Source: Aeromicrobium sp.
Lineage (GTDB): Bacteria > Actinomycetota > Actinomycetes > Propionibacteriales > Nocardioidaceae
Direction of reading: 5' to 3'
DNA: 64,000 nucleotides
Assembly (NCBI RefSeq): GCF_037719875.1
Contig: NZ_JBBJMJ010000009.1
Span: 31,869-95,868, forward strand
Shown here: piece by piece, positions 42,042 to 51,981 of the stretch
Position numbering within the stretch: position 1 is the first letter of the stretch
Layout: every line of letters begins with the position of its first letter
Program-made: the position numbers and the translations under genes
Notes under the pieces: model-generated
Databases searched by the model: none
Seen by the model: only the letters and a program-made list of their open reading frames with translations
What the model was told of the DNA's origin: nothing

Positions 42042-42959
42042 GTGTCTGAGGCGTACTGGCAATCGGTGATGCAGAGCGGGATGGATGTGCCCGCCGATCG
42101 CAGCCTCGATGAGTGCACCGTCGAGCTCGTGGAGATGCTCGGCCACTCCAACCCCCGGTGGCGCGAGGACCTCGCCTACCCGTTGCTGACCACCTGGATC
42201 ACGCGAGGCGTCTACGACGAGCTGCTGTCCGGCCTGGGCGACGGCATCGCGCCGGGGCTGCGCTACGGCCTGGGCCATGACGGCGACATGTCTGTCATGC
42301 GTCGCTCCTACAGCGCGCTGATGCTCGCCGAGATCATCGGCCGAGACAACAACGAGCACCTGATGTCCGCCGGGTCGGTCCTCGACTGGGCTGACCGGGC
42401 CACTGCCTGGTATGTCCGCGAGCAGGATCATCGCGGGTGGATCCCCGAGCAGGGCTGGGCCAACTCGATTGCCCACGGGGCCGACCTCCTGGCCGCCCTC
42501 GCCCGTTCGCGGCACTTCGGGCGACTCGAGCTCACGGTGCTGCTGGACGTCATGGCCGACCGGGTGCTGACCCCGACGGCATACATCTGGCGTCATGGCG
42601 AGGAGGACCGGTTGGCCTATGCCGTCATGACCCTGCTCCATCGCAACGAGCTGGACCCCAGCATCGTCGAGCCGTGGCTGGCCCGTCTCGGCGCCGGGAT
42701 CGTGCCACCACGGACGCGTGGACACCTCGAGGCCGAGTGGCCCTCCCCCAGTGTTCGCAACACCTCGTCATTCCTGCGGGCACTGCACCTCCAGCTCGCA
42801 CTCGGCGTGCAAGGCCGCGACGACCTGCGCGCCGATGCCGAGCTGTTCGCCGAGCAGCCGGCTCACCGCGCCGACCTGCTCCTCGCGGTGCTCGACCAGA
42901 TCCGGGCCGAGCAGCCCTGGCTCTACCGCCCCACGACCCGGACCCGGCCGCTCACCTGA
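42042..42959 (+). CDS. DUF2785-family helical protein
   Basis: RRSYSALML, GWANSIAHGADLL, GEEDRLA. Confidence 0.8.
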   Translation: MSEAYWQSVMQSGMDVPADRSLDECTVELVEMLGHSNPRWREDLAYPLLTTWITRGVYDELLSGLGDGIAPGLRYGLGHDGDMSVMRRSYSALMLAEIIGRDNNEHLMSAGSVLDWADRATAWYVREQDHRGWIPEQGWANSIAHGADLLAALARSRHFGRLELTVLLDVMADRVLTPTAYIWRHGEEDRLAYAVMTLLHRNELDPSIVEPWLARLGAGIVPPRTRGHLEAEWPSPSVRNTSSFLRALHLQLALGVQGRDDLRADAELFAEQPAHRADLLLAVLDQIRAEQPWLYRPTTRTRPLT

Positions 42960-42993
42960 CACCTGCGCACTACCGTCCAGTAACCTGCGTCAC

Positions 42994-44682
42994 ATGACTA
43001 CTGACCAGCCGGCCGTGGGCCACACCAGAGAAGGTCATGGCGGAGTCCATGCCTTGGACGTCGCGCGGGCGCATGGCGTCGAGACGATGTTCACCCTCTC
43101 GGGGGCCCATGTGTTCCCGATGTATGACGCAGCGGTCAAGACCGAACCGACCATGCCGATCATCGACGTGCGCCATGAGCCGACCGCCGTCTTCGCGGCC
43201 GAGGCGATCGGCAAGCTGACCCGCAAGCCGGGCCTGGCCGTCCTGACTGCCGGACCAGGCGTGACCAACGGGGTCAGCCCCATCGCCCAGGCCAGCTTCT
43301 CCGGCTCACCGCTGGTCGTCGTGGGCGGTCGCGCGCCCAACAACCGGTGGGGTTCGGGCAGCCTGCAGGAGCTCGACCAGCCTCCGATCCTCGAGACGAT
43401 CTCGAAGTCGTCGGCCACGGCACGCACCGTGGATGACATCGCCCCGACGATGGACCAGGCGTTCACACTCGCCGGCTCGTCACACCGCGGCCCGACATTC
43501 GTCGACGTGCCGATGGACGAGTTCTTCAACACCACGACGACCACCACGCAGTCGTCGGGCAACACCACGCCCCTGATCGAGCCCGATCCCGAGGCGCTGG
43601 CGCAGATCGCCGAGCTGCTCCGTGGGTCGGCCCGCCCCGTGCTCGTGCTCGGCACCGACGTGTGGGCCGATCGCGCCGAGGATGCGGCGCTGCACTTCGT
43701 CGAAGAGACCGGCATCCCGGTCATCTCCAACGGCATGGGTCGCGGCATCATCCCCGGCGGACATCCCCAGCTCGTGACGAAGGCCCGCTCGACGTCGTTC
43801 GGCCAGGCCGATCTCGTGATCGTGGTCGGCACACCGCTGGACTTTCGTCTCGGCTACGGCATCTTCGGGGGCAAGGACGGCGCGACCCCAGCGCGTACGG
43901 TGCACGTCGCCGACTCCCCCGGACAGGTCTCGACCCACGCCGAGCTCGCCGCCTCGGCCTGCGGCGACCTCACGACAGTCTTCACCGGGCTGTACACATC
44001 GCTCGTCTCCCCATCTCAACACGGTCGCAGGCCCGACTGGACGCCTTGGCTCAACACCCTGCAGACCGAGGTCGGTGCGGCCACCGAGCGCGACAAGGAG
44101 CTGCTCACCGCCGAGGCCGATCCGGTCCACCCCGCCCGCATCTACGGCGAGCTGCTGCCCCGGCTCGCCGACGACGCCGTCGTGATCGGCGACGGCGGCG
44201 ACTTCGTGTCGTTCGCCGGCAAGTTCGTCGAGCCCAAGCGGCCGGGCGGCTGGCTCGACCCCGGCCCCTACGGGTGCCTCGGCGCCGGCATGGGAGCCGC
44301 AATGGCCGCGCGCATCGCCAGACCGTCGAGCCAGGTCGTGCTGCTCTACGGTGACGGCGCGGCCGGTATGTCCCTGATGGACGTGGACAGTCTCGTACGG
44401 CACAACCTGCCGGTCGTCATGGTCGTCGGCAACAATTCGGCGTGGGGCCTGGAGAAGGGCCCGATGCAGTGGCTCTACGGCTACGACGTCGCCGCCGACC
44501 TCGCGCCACAGACCCGCTACGACCAGGTCGTCACGGCGCTCGGCGGTGGCGGCGAGATGGTCACCGACCCGAAGCAGATCGGTCCGGCTCTCGACCGTGC
44601 CTTCGACTCCGGCGTGCCCTATCTGGTCAACGTCATGACCGATGTCGACGCCGCATACCCGCGCAACACCACAGGCATCTGA
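42994..44682 (+). CDS. TPP-dependent acetolactate-synthase-like enzyme (IlvG/HACL type)
   Basis: VRHE, TAGPGVTN, GDGAAG...NNSAWG; no ilvN/ilvC neighbours. Confidence 0.88.
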   Translation: MTTDQPAVGHTREGHGGVHALDVARAHGVETMFTLSGAHVFPMYDAAVKTEPTMPIIDVRHEPTAVFAAEAIGKLTRKPGLAVLTAGPGVTNGVSPIAQASFSGSPLVVVGGRAPNNRWGSGSLQELDQPPILETISKSSATARTVDDIAPTMDQAFTLAGSSHRGPTFVDVPMDEFFNTTTTTTQSSGNTTPLIEPDPEALAQIAELLRGSARPVLVLGTDVWADRAEDAALHFVEETGIPVISNGMGRGIIPGGHPQLVTKARSTSFGQADLVIVVGTPLDFRLGYGIFGGKDGATPARTVHVADSPGQVSTHAELAASACGDLTTVFTGLYTSLVSPSQHGRRPDWTPWLNTLQTEVGAATERDKELLTAEADPVHPARIYGELLPRLADDAVVIGDGGDFVSFAGKFVEPKRPGGWLDPGPYGCLGAGMGAAMAARIARPSSQVVLLYGDGAAGMSLMDVDSLVRHNLPVVMVVGNNSAWGLEKGPMQWLYGYDVAADLAPQTRYDQVVTALGGGGEMVTDPKQIGPALDRAFDSGVPYLVNVMTDVDAAYPRNTTGI

Positions 44683-44683
44683 G

Positions 44684-45139
44684 TTGCTGGTCCGGGTCGC
44701 GCTCGAGGACGAGTATGTCGCGGTCGGCACGCTGACCGTCGCCGGTTACGACGCAGACGGCTGGCTCGCCGATGCCGCGCCGCGAGGTCGCGACAGCGTC
44801 CTCCTGGTGGCAACCGAGGGCGACGAGCTGCTCGGCACCGTCACCTGGTGCCCGCCCGGGGCACCCACCCGTGAGCTCGCGGTCGAGGACCACCAGGGCG
44901 AGTTCCGTACGCTCTCGGTCGCACCCGGAGCGAGGCGTCGTGGGGTGGGACGAGCGCTGGTCTCGAGCTGTCTCGACCGGGCGCGAGCTCTCCTGCTCAC
45001 CGAGGTGCTGCTCTGCTCGCTCAACGACATGACTCCGGCACACCGGCTCTACGAGTCGTTCGGATTCGTCCGTCGACCTGAGCTCGACTGGTCCCCGTTC
45101 CCCGGCGTCAGCTTGTGGGCCTTCTCCCTCGAGCTCTGA
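44684..45139 (+). CDS. GNAT family N-acetyltransferase
   Basis: RTLSVAPGARRRGVG, AHRLYESFGF; start uncertain (TTG 44684). Confidence 0.8.
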   Translation: MLVRVALEDEYVAVGTLTVAGYDADGWLADAAPRGRDSVLLVATEGDELLGTVTWCPPGAPTRELAVEDHQGEFRTLSVAPGARRRGVGRALVSSCLDRARALLLTEVLLCSLNDMTPAHRLYESFGFVRRPELDWSPFPGVSLWAFSLEL

Positions 45140-45152
45140 GCCGGGGTGGCGG

Positions 45153-47732
45153 TCAGACGGTCGACATCGTGGGCGCGCGTCCGGGACGAGCCGACTCACC
45201 GTGGCCATCAGCGCCAACGTCACGCCGGCGGAGCCGGGCCGTGGCGAGGGCTTGACGGACAAAGAGGCTGAGTGACTCCCAGACGTACTTGTAGGCCAGG
45301 CCGCCGGCCACCGACGCCAGCACCGCGAGCAGGGGGACGCGATCCTCGAGGTGAGGATAGATCTGCCATTGCGTGAGGTAGATGTACAGCGATCCCGCAG
45401 CCAACGCTGCCAGGACTCGTGCCGCCCAGCGCGGCACGGCAACTGCCCGCACCCACACCAGCACCAGCACGCCGGCAATGACCAGACCCTCACGGTGCGG
45501 GTCGTCGAAGAATCCGGCAACCGACACCACCGCTGCGAGAGACACCACGATCCGCTGCCACCGCGTGCTCGCGACGCCGACCGCCCAACCGAGGGCGAAG
45601 CACCAGAGGACGATCGAGGGCGTGTAGCGCTCGGTGGCCCCGGCCTCCACCCCGGCGAGGGCATAGCGGAGCGCCAATGAACCGGCCAGGACCACCAGCG
45701 CGAAGGCGAAGGGCTCTCGGCGCTCGGCTGTGTGCAGCCATGGCACGGCGAGCACGAGCAGCGTGGCGACCTGGATCCAGATGACCGCCTCGAGGAACCA
45801 GAACTGCCACTGGACCGTCCATGAGTTCCTGCCCTGGAGTCCGTTGAGCAAGAAGACCGTGTCGGCGTGATAGGTGCCCAGCACCACGGCGACTGCGCCG
45901 ACCCACACCACGCAGGGCAGGGCCAGCTGCAACGCCGCGCCGAGCCCGCTGCGGACTCGGGCAGCGCGCGGCCGATCGGTCAGCTGGAACCGGGCGAAGT
46001 TGTAGCCGACGACGGCAAGCAGCAGGTGCGCGCCTCCGGGGATCGTCCAGAGGTTGGCATGCGTACCCAGCACCAGGAGGATCGCGAGCCCGCGCAGGAC
46101 GATCGAGGTCTCCAGCCGGATGCCGCGTCTCCTCGGCTCGTGGGTCGCCACGAGCTCGCGGATCGGGGTGCGGTGCCAGTTGGGAGGGGTCGCGATCCCC
46201 AGGTCACCCAGGCGGACAGAGAGCTCCACGTATGACAGCGAGTCGCCCCGAAGCGTGGTGAAGCTGTCATCGGTCGTGGCGTCCGGACGACCCAGGAGAT
46301 TGGCGAACAGATCTCGCACATCATCGGCGTGCGGCAGGTCCGTCGGCCGGGCCGAAGGTGTCGCAGAATCCGCCAACATCCGCGCCTGACGCTCGAGCGA
46401 GGCGTGGTCGACCTTGCCGTTGGCGGTGCGCGGAGTCTCCCGCAGACGGTCGACGGAGACCACATCTCGCGGCAGACCACAGTGGGCCGCGATCGCGAGG
46501 CGCGCGGCCACGGCGTCGGTGTGCCAGTCGACGAATGCCTGGATCCCGTCCCCCACCGAGACGCACGTGGCGGGGTGGCCGCGCTCGGCCGTCATCCGCT
46601 CGACCTCATCCAGGTCGATCCGCAGTCCGAAGACCTTCGCCACCCGGCTGCGACGGCCTACCCACTCGTACGTGCCGTCCTCGTGCTGCCGGGCGAGGTC
46701 GCCGGTCCGGAGCTCGGCCAGATCTGCGCCGCGGGCGAGGTCGGCCGTGGACCGCGCATATCCCATCATGACGTTGGGACCCGCGTAGACCAGCTCGCCG
46801 ACGCCGTCTGCCGACTCCGGGACGGGCTCGATCCTGAACGAGCCGCCGGGGATCGGCACGCCGAGCGACTCCGGCCTGACGGTCGCCAGATCCGCTGGGA
46901 GATAGGCCATCCGGGCAGTCGCCTCGGTCTGGCCGTACATCGCGAAGAAGTCCCAGCCCCGCTGCCTGCCGAGCCGTGCATAGGCGGCGATCCGTTCCGG
47001 TGCCAGTCGCCCGCCAGCCTGCGTGATGTGCCGCAGCGAGGGCAGATCACGCTCCGCGAAATCCGCCGAGTCCAGCAGGTCGAATGTGTATGGCACGCCT
47101 GCGAACGAGGTTGCGCCTGCGTCCGCTGCCAGATCCCACAGGCACGTGTCGACGACGGACCCGTCAGTGACGATGAGCCCGGCACCACTCAAGAGGTGGC
47201 TGTTGACCACCGACAGGCCGTAGCAGTAGTGCATCGGGAGGGTCGTGAGCCCGCGGTGCGTCTCGTCGATGTGCAGGTAGTCGGCGATGCTGAGGGCGTT
47301 GCTCACGACGTTGTCGTGGGACAGGCGTACGAGCTTGGCCGAACCGGTCGACCCGGACGTCGACAGCAGCAGCGTCAGGTCCGGGTGCAGGGCGTGGCGC
47401 GAACCGGCCCGACGCTCCAGGAAGCCCTCGGCCGGATCGAACACCACGTCGGGGTCGTAGGCGTCCACGACGGACGCGAGATTGACCTGGCTGTCCCCCG
47501 GCACCAGCAGCACGGCGTGCCCGTGGGCCATCGCGGAGAGATAGGCAATCAAGGCCTCGGGTGTGTTGGCGCCGCCCACCACGACGAGGCGTTTGTCATC
47601 GGTCAGCACGGCGTGGTGCTCATCGACCCGGTCGGCGACGTCCGCGTGAGTCAGGACCGAACCCGGTGAGATCAGGGCCGGCCGGGTGCCATGACTACGG
47701 AGGGCGGCGAACCGGTTGCGATGGGTGATCAC
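45153..47732 (-). CDS. Adenylation + carrier + membrane acyltransferase-3-like fusion protein
   Basis: STSGSTG, YGQTE, TGD, PRTANGK; carrier GDSL; C-terminal multi-TM with LRGLAILLV, QFWFLE, SLYIYLTQW. Confidence 0.82.
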   Translation of the reverse strand: MITHRNRFAALRSHGTRPALISPGSVLTHADVADRVDEHHAVLTDDKRLVVVGGANTPEALIAYLSAMAHGHAVLLVPGDSQVNLASVVDAYDPDVVFDPAEGFLERRAGSRHALHPDLTLLLSTSGSTGSAKLVRLSHDNVVSNALSIADYLHIDETHRGLTTLPMHYCYGLSVVNSHLLSGAGLIVTDGSVVDTCLWDLAADAGATSFAGVPYTFDLLDSADFAERDLPSLRHITQAGGRLAPERIAAYARLGRQRGWDFFAMYGQTEATARMAYLPADLATVRPESLGVPIPGGSFRIEPVPESADGVGELVYAGPNVMMGYARSTADLARGADLAELRTGDLARQHEDGTYEWVGRRSRVAKVFGLRIDLDEVERMTAERGHPATCVSVGDGIQAFVDWHTDAVAARLAIAAHCGLPRDVVSVDRLRETPRTANGKVDHASLERQARMLADSATPSARPTDLPHADDVRDLFANLLGRPDATTDDSFTTLRGDSLSYVELSVRLGDLGIATPPNWHRTPIRELVATHEPRRRGIRLETSIVLRGLAILLVLGTHANLWTIPGGAHLLLAVVGYNFARFQLTDRPRAARVRSGLGAALQLALPCVVWVGAVAVVLGTYHADTVFLLNGLQGRNSWTVQWQFWFLEAVIWIQVATLLVLAVPWLHTAERREPFAFALVVLAGSLALRYALAGVEAGATERYTPSIVLWCFALGWAVGVASTRWQRIVVSLAAVVSVAGFFDDPHREGLVIAGVLVLVWVRAVAVPRWAARVLAALAAGSLYIYLTQWQIYPHLEDRVPLLAVLASVAGGLAYKYVWESLSLFVRQALATARLRRRDVGADGHGESARPGRAPTMSTV

Positions 47733-48775
47733 ACAGCACCCCCTGAAGTGACGTAGACAGCAACCGCGCCCGTCACACTCACCGTCACGATCTCGCCGAC
47801 GACCGGAAGGTCCGACCCGGCCACCCGCGCGTCGACTGGCGAGCCGTCGTCCAGGAGCGTCAGGCGCACCGTTGCGTCGTGCCCGAAGTAGCTCACGTCC
47901 TCGACGCGGGCCCGTGGACCGGTGTGGCCCGCGGCCTGCAGGACCAGCTGCTCGGGACGAACCAGGATCTCGACGGCGCCCTGCGGCCCATCTGCAGGCA
48001 CTTCCAGTCGGCCCAGCGCGCTGGTGGCGACGCCCGCGGTCACCGTGGCAGGCAGCACGACGACGCTACCGACGAACCCGGCGATCGCCGGGTCGGCCGG
48101 CGACCGGTAGAGATCGACCGGAGCGGCGAGCTGGGCGACGCGCCCGTCCCGCAGGACCGCGACCTGGTCGCAGAGTGCGAGGGCCTCATCCTGGTCGTGC
48201 GTCACGAGGATCGCGGTTGCGCCGGCGGCCCGCAGTGCATGCACGACCGCCTTGCCTGTCTCGACCCGCAGCCCGGCGTCGAGGGAGGAGAACGGCTCGT
48301 CGAGCAGCACGACTCCCGGCCGGGGTGCGAGGGCGCGGGCCAGGGCCACGCGCTGCTGCTGGCCGCCAGAGAGCTGATGGGGCTGCCGATGCCGGAGGTC
48401 GGGGTCGAGGCCGACCAGCTCGAGCACGGCATCCAGGTCGAAGGACCGGCGCGCAGCACCGCGGATGCCGAAGGCGATGTTGGCTGCGACGTCCAGGTGT
48501 GGGAAGAGCGCACCCTCCTGCGGCACGTAGCCGATGCCACGCCGCTGCGCCGGCACACCACGACCGTCGGAGACGAGCGACCGGCCACCGACCCTGATCG
48601 AGCCGGCATCGGCGTCAAGGAATCCCGCGATGATCCTCAGCAGAGTGGTCTTGCCGCCGCCGGACGGTCCGAGAGCTCCCACGATCGAGCCCTCGGGCAG
48701 GTCGAGGTCCACGCCGTCCAGCACCCGGTTGCCGCCGTACGACTTGGTGATCCCCGAGATCACAAGACCCGTCAT
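47729..48775 (-). CDS. Fe3+ ABC transporter ATPase (FbpC type)
   Basis: GPSGGGKT, LSGGQQQR, LLDEP, TOBE-like tail. Confidence 0.9.
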   Translation of the reverse strand: MTGLVISGITKSYGGNRVLDGVDLDLPEGSIVGALGPSGGGKTTLLRIIAGFLDADAGSIRVGGRSLVSDGRGVPAQRRGIGYVPQEGALFPHLDVAANIAFGIRGAARRSFDLDAVLELVGLDPDLRHRQPHQLSGGQQQRVALARALAPRPGVVLLDEPFSSLDAGLRVETGKAVVHALRAAGATAILVTHDQDEALALCDQVAVLRDGRVAQLAAPVDLYRSPADPAIAGFVGSVVVLPATVTAGVATSALGRLEVPADGPQGAVEILVRPEQLVLQAAGHTGPRARVEDVSYFGHDATVRLTLLDDGSPVDARVAGSDLPVVGEIVTVSVTGAVAVYVTSGGAV

Positions 48776-50313
48776 GCCGCACCACCCAGCGAGGGGCGAC
48801 GACTCAGCAGGTAGGTCGCCGGCAGCGAGATCAGCACCATGAGGAGCGCGTAGGGCGCGGCCGCCCCATATGCCACCGACGACGAGCTCGACCAGAACTG
48901 CGTCGCCAGCGTCGTCGTGCCGATTGGCGAGAGCAGGAGCGTTGCGGTCAGCTCGGTCGTGACGGCGAGGAAGACCAGGGCGCAGCCCGCGCCGATACCG
49001 GGGGTGATCAGCGGCAGGGTCACTCGCCTCGCCGTGGTCAAGGGCCCCATGCCGAGCCCATGGGCGACGTCCTCGAGGACCGGCGGTGACTGCTCGACCG
49101 CCGACCGTACGCTCACGAGTGCGCGTGGCAGGAACATGATCGCGTAGGCCGCGAGCAGCAGGCCGTAGGTCTGGTAGACCGCGGGGACATAGTTGATCGA
49201 CACCGTGACGAGTGCTAGCGCAACGACGATGCCTGGCAGTGCGTTGGCGACATAGGTGCTGCGCTCGAGCGTCGTCGACACCTTGGATCGGAACCGCACG
49301 GCGAGCCAGACCACAGGGATCGACAAGGCAACGGTTATCGCCGCGGCAACCAACCCCAGCCCGACCGACGTGCTGGCAGCCGACGCGATGTCAGCGGCCG
49401 GGAACGCTGTCGACGAGCCCACGATCATCCAGTGGATGAGGCTGTAGACCGGCACGCCGAGTGAGGCGCCGGCGAGGGCGACCAGCACCGCGAGCGCCGG
49501 TACGCGCCATCGTCCGAGACGGACCGGATCGGCATGCCGAACCGCTCCGCTCCCGACTCGCGAGAACCTGCGGTCCGACCGGAGTCGCAGGTCGACCATC
49601 AACAGGACCAGGCAGCACAGGACGAGCACGGAGGCGATGACATTGGCCCCGGCGCTGTTGAAGGATGAGCTGTACTGGTCATAGATCGCAGTCGTGAATG
49701 TCGGGAAGCGCAACATCTGCAACGCCCCGAACTCGGCCAGCAGGTGCAGGCCGACCAAGAGGGATCCGCCGATCATCGCGGGCCGCAGCTGAGGCAGCAC
49801 GACCCGCGCAAAGGTCTGCCCAGGACCGTTGCCGAGTGAACGTGCGACCTCCTCCAGCGCCGGGTCGAGGCCGCGGAGAGCGGCCGCGGTCGGGAGATAG
49901 ACGAGGGGAAAGTAGGACAGCGTCACCACCAGCAGCGCCCCGCGGAATCCCTCGACCCCGGGTGCCAGGGATGACCAGCCATAACTGTTGACGAACGCTG
50001 GAATGGCCAGCGGTGCTGCTGCCAGGACGTGCCACAGGGCCCTGAACGGCACGTCGGTGCGCTCCACGACCCAGGCGCACCCGACTCCCAGCACAGCGCT
50101 CGCCAGACACCCCGCGACCACCAGGCGCACCGTGTTGGAGAGCAGCTCGCCGACCCGCGGCCTGACCAGCAGGTCCCAGATCTCGCGGCCCCCCAGCGAT
50201 GCCCCGTAGACCACGATGAACCCCAGCGGGATCAGCGCGAATCCTGCGACGACCGCCGAGATCACGAGGAGGGAAGGAGGAGCCGCGCCCCGCCTTCCCC
50301 GTCGTGTCGTCAT
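48772..50313 (-). CDS. Fe3+ ABC transporter permease (FbpB type)
   Basis: Two EAA-like loops (LEEVARSLG, LEDVAHGLG), multi-TM. Confidence 0.9.
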   Translation of the reverse strand: MTTRRGRRGAAPPSLLVISAVVAGFALIPLGFIVVYGASLGGREIWDLLVRPRVGELLSNTVRLVVAGCLASAVLGVGCAWVVERTDVPFRALWHVLAAAPLAIPAFVNSYGWSSLAPGVEGFRGALLVVTLSYFPLVYLPTAAALRGLDPALEEVARSLGNGPGQTFARVVLPQLRPAMIGGSLLVGLHLLAEFGALQMLRFPTFTTAIYDQYSSSFNSAGANVIASVLVLCCLVLLMVDLRLRSDRRFSRVGSGAVRHADPVRLGRWRVPALAVLVALAGASLGVPVYSLIHWMIVGSSTAFPAADIASAASTSVGLGLVAAAITVALSIPVVWLAVRFRSKVSTTLERSTYVANALPGIVVALALVTVSINYVPAVYQTYGLLLAAYAIMFLPRALVSVRSAVEQSPPVLEDVAHGLGMGPLTTARRVTLPLITPGIGAGCALVFLAVTTELTATLLLSPIGTTTLATQFWSSSSSVAYGAAAPYALLMVLISLPATYLLSRRPSLGGAA

Positions 50314-50324
50314 CCGCGTGCCGA

Positions 50325-51338
50325 TCAGAGGAATCCGGCGTCCTCGAGCAGCGAGATGACCGTGGGTCCGTTGAGGGACGAGAGGTCGACGACCGGCGGC
50401 TCGAGCTCGGTCAGCGGCTTCACGTCGCGGCCCAGGTCGACGTCGGGGTTGAGCGGATATTCCAGCGCATAGCTGTCCGCCAGCGCCTGTTGGCCCTCGG
50501 CGCCGGCGAGGAAGGCCACGAACTTCTGCGCATTCGCCTGGTTCTTGCCGGCCTTGAGGACGCCGGCACCGGAGACGCTCACGAACGCGCCGGGATCCTG
50601 GTCGCCGAAGAAGTGCAGCGCCGAGTTGTCGCTGTTCTCGCCGGCCTCCTCCTGGTCCCGATACCAGTAGTAGTGGTAGATCACGCCGGTGTCGATCGTC
50701 CCGGCGTTGACCTCCTTGAGCACGACGTTGTTGCCCTGGTAGACCGTCCCGTTGGACTTCAACCCGGCGAGCCAGGCCTTGGTGGCTTGCTCACCCTTCA
50801 GCTCCAGCACGGCACTGACGATGGCCTGGAAGTCGGCGCCGGTCGGCGAGAACGACACCTTGCCCTTCCACGCCGGGTCGGCAAGGTCAAGCAGCGAGTC
50901 GGGCAGATCGGACTCGGTGACCTTGTCCTTGTTGTAGACCAGCACCGTCGAACGAGCAGTGAATCCCATCCACTCCCCGCTCGCGGCCTCGTACTGCGCA
51001 GGCACCAGGTCGAGCGTCGAGGTGTCGAGGCGGCTGAGCAGGCCCTTGCTCTCGACGAGGGACATCGCCGGGGAGTTCTCGGTGAGGAAGACATCGGCAG
51101 GCGATGCCTTGCCCTCCTGCACGAGCTGGTTGGCCAGCTCGAAGTCGGCGCCGTTGCGCAGCTTGACCTCGATGCCGGTCTTCTTGGTGAAGGCCGGGGC
51201 GAGCTCGGTCAGCAGCTCTTCGTGCTGGGCGTTGTAGACGGTGATCGACGGTCCATCGTCTCCAGCGCCTCCGCACGCTGCCAATGGCATCACTGCCAGC
51301 ATGGCCGCCACACCGGCGAAAAGGCGTTTGGTCGCCAC
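50325..51338 (-). CDS. Fe3+ ABC transporter substrate-binding lipoprotein (FbpA type)
   Basis: Lipobox LAAC, YNAQHE, IYHYYW tyrosine pair, EYPL. Confidence 0.9.
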   Translation of the reverse strand: MATKRLFAGVAAMLAVMPLAACGGAGDDGPSITVYNAQHEELLTELAPAFTKKTGIEVKLRNGADFELANQLVQEGKASPADVFLTENSPAMSLVESKGLLSRLDTSTLDLVPAQYEAASGEWMGFTARSTVLVYNKDKVTESDLPDSLLDLADPAWKGKVSFSPTGADFQAIVSAVLELKGEQATKAWLAGLKSNGTVYQGNNVVLKEVNAGTIDTGVIYHYYWYRDQEEAGENSDNSALHFFGDQDPGAFVSVSGAGVLKAGKNQANAQKFVAFLAGAEGQQALADSYALEYPLNPDVDLGRDVKPLTELEPPVVDLSSLNGPTVISLLEDAGFL

Positions 51339-51354
51339 GTCGATCTCCTTTGAC

Positions 51355-51373
51355 TCAGGTATGCCTTACCTTA
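51355..51373. promoter_or_regulatory. IdeR/DtxR iron box
   Basis: TAAGGTAAGGCATACCTGA (minus) vs TWAGGTWAGSCTWACCTWA, just upstream of the SBP RBS. Confidence 0.85.
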
Positions 51374-51434
51374 AACGATGCCTCTTGCGGTCCTTCTCGA
51401 ACCCCTCCCCCGGTCCTCGACGTACCGTGTGCCC

Positions 51435-51806
51435 ATGGAAACCGCGAGCGTCACGCACACCGTCACCGACGACGACACCGCGCGAGCTCTCGGGAGCGGG
51501 GATCTGGAGGTCCTCGCCACACCCCGGGCCCTCGCCTGGTGCGAGCAGGCGACCTGTGCGGCCCTGAAGCTCGATCCGGCTCAGACGAGCGTCGGCACCC
51601 GGGTCGACCTCGAGCATCTTGCGGCCAGTCCGGTCGGCACCGAGGTGACCGCGACCGCGACGGTCGTGCACACCGATGGCCGACTCGTACGTTTCCAGGT
51701 CGCCGCCCACGACACCGGCGGCACGCTGCTCGCGACCGGGGAGATCCGCCGGGTCATCGTGGACCGGGAGCGATTCCTGGCTCGGATCACGCCTGTGGGA
51801 GACTGA
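51435..51806 (+). CDS. Hot-dog thioesterase (FlK-like)
   Basis: GSGDLEVLATP, E, TSVGT, HLAASPVG. Confidence 0.85.
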   Translation: METASVTHTVTDDDTARALGSGDLEVLATPRALAWCEQATCAALKLDPAQTSVGTRVDLEHLAASPVGTEVTATATVVHTDGRLVRFQVAAHDTGGTLLATGEIRRVIVDRERFLARITPVGD

Positions 51807-51832
51807 GGAGTCGACTTCGGAGGAGGAACACC

Positions 51833-51907
51833 ATGGGCAAGACCGGCCGCAAGCGTCGTGCGCGTCGCAAGAAGGGCGCCAACCACGGCAAGCGCCCCAA
51901 CGCGTGA
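51833..51907 (+). CDS. 50S ribosomal protein bL37
   Basis: MGKTGRKRRARRKKGANHGKRPNA; RBS GGAGGAGG; usual position next to rsrA. Confidence 0.92.
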   Translation: MGKTGRKRRARRKKGANHGKRPNA

Positions 51908-51924
51908 GCTGTGCACGAGCAGAC

Positions 51925-51957
51925 AAGAAATCCCCGTCCGATGGACGGGGATTTCTT
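51925..51957. terminator. Bidirectional terminator bL37/rsrA
   Basis: AAGAAATCCCCGTCC/GGACGGGGATTTCTT. Confidence 0.85.
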
Positions 51958-51981
51958 CGTCTGGAGGGCTCGGCAGCCGAG

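Noticed and set aside
45153-47732. Classical NRPS siderophore cluster
   Set aside because: No condensation/TE domains or tailoring genes, and transporter is FbpABC-type, not FecCD-type
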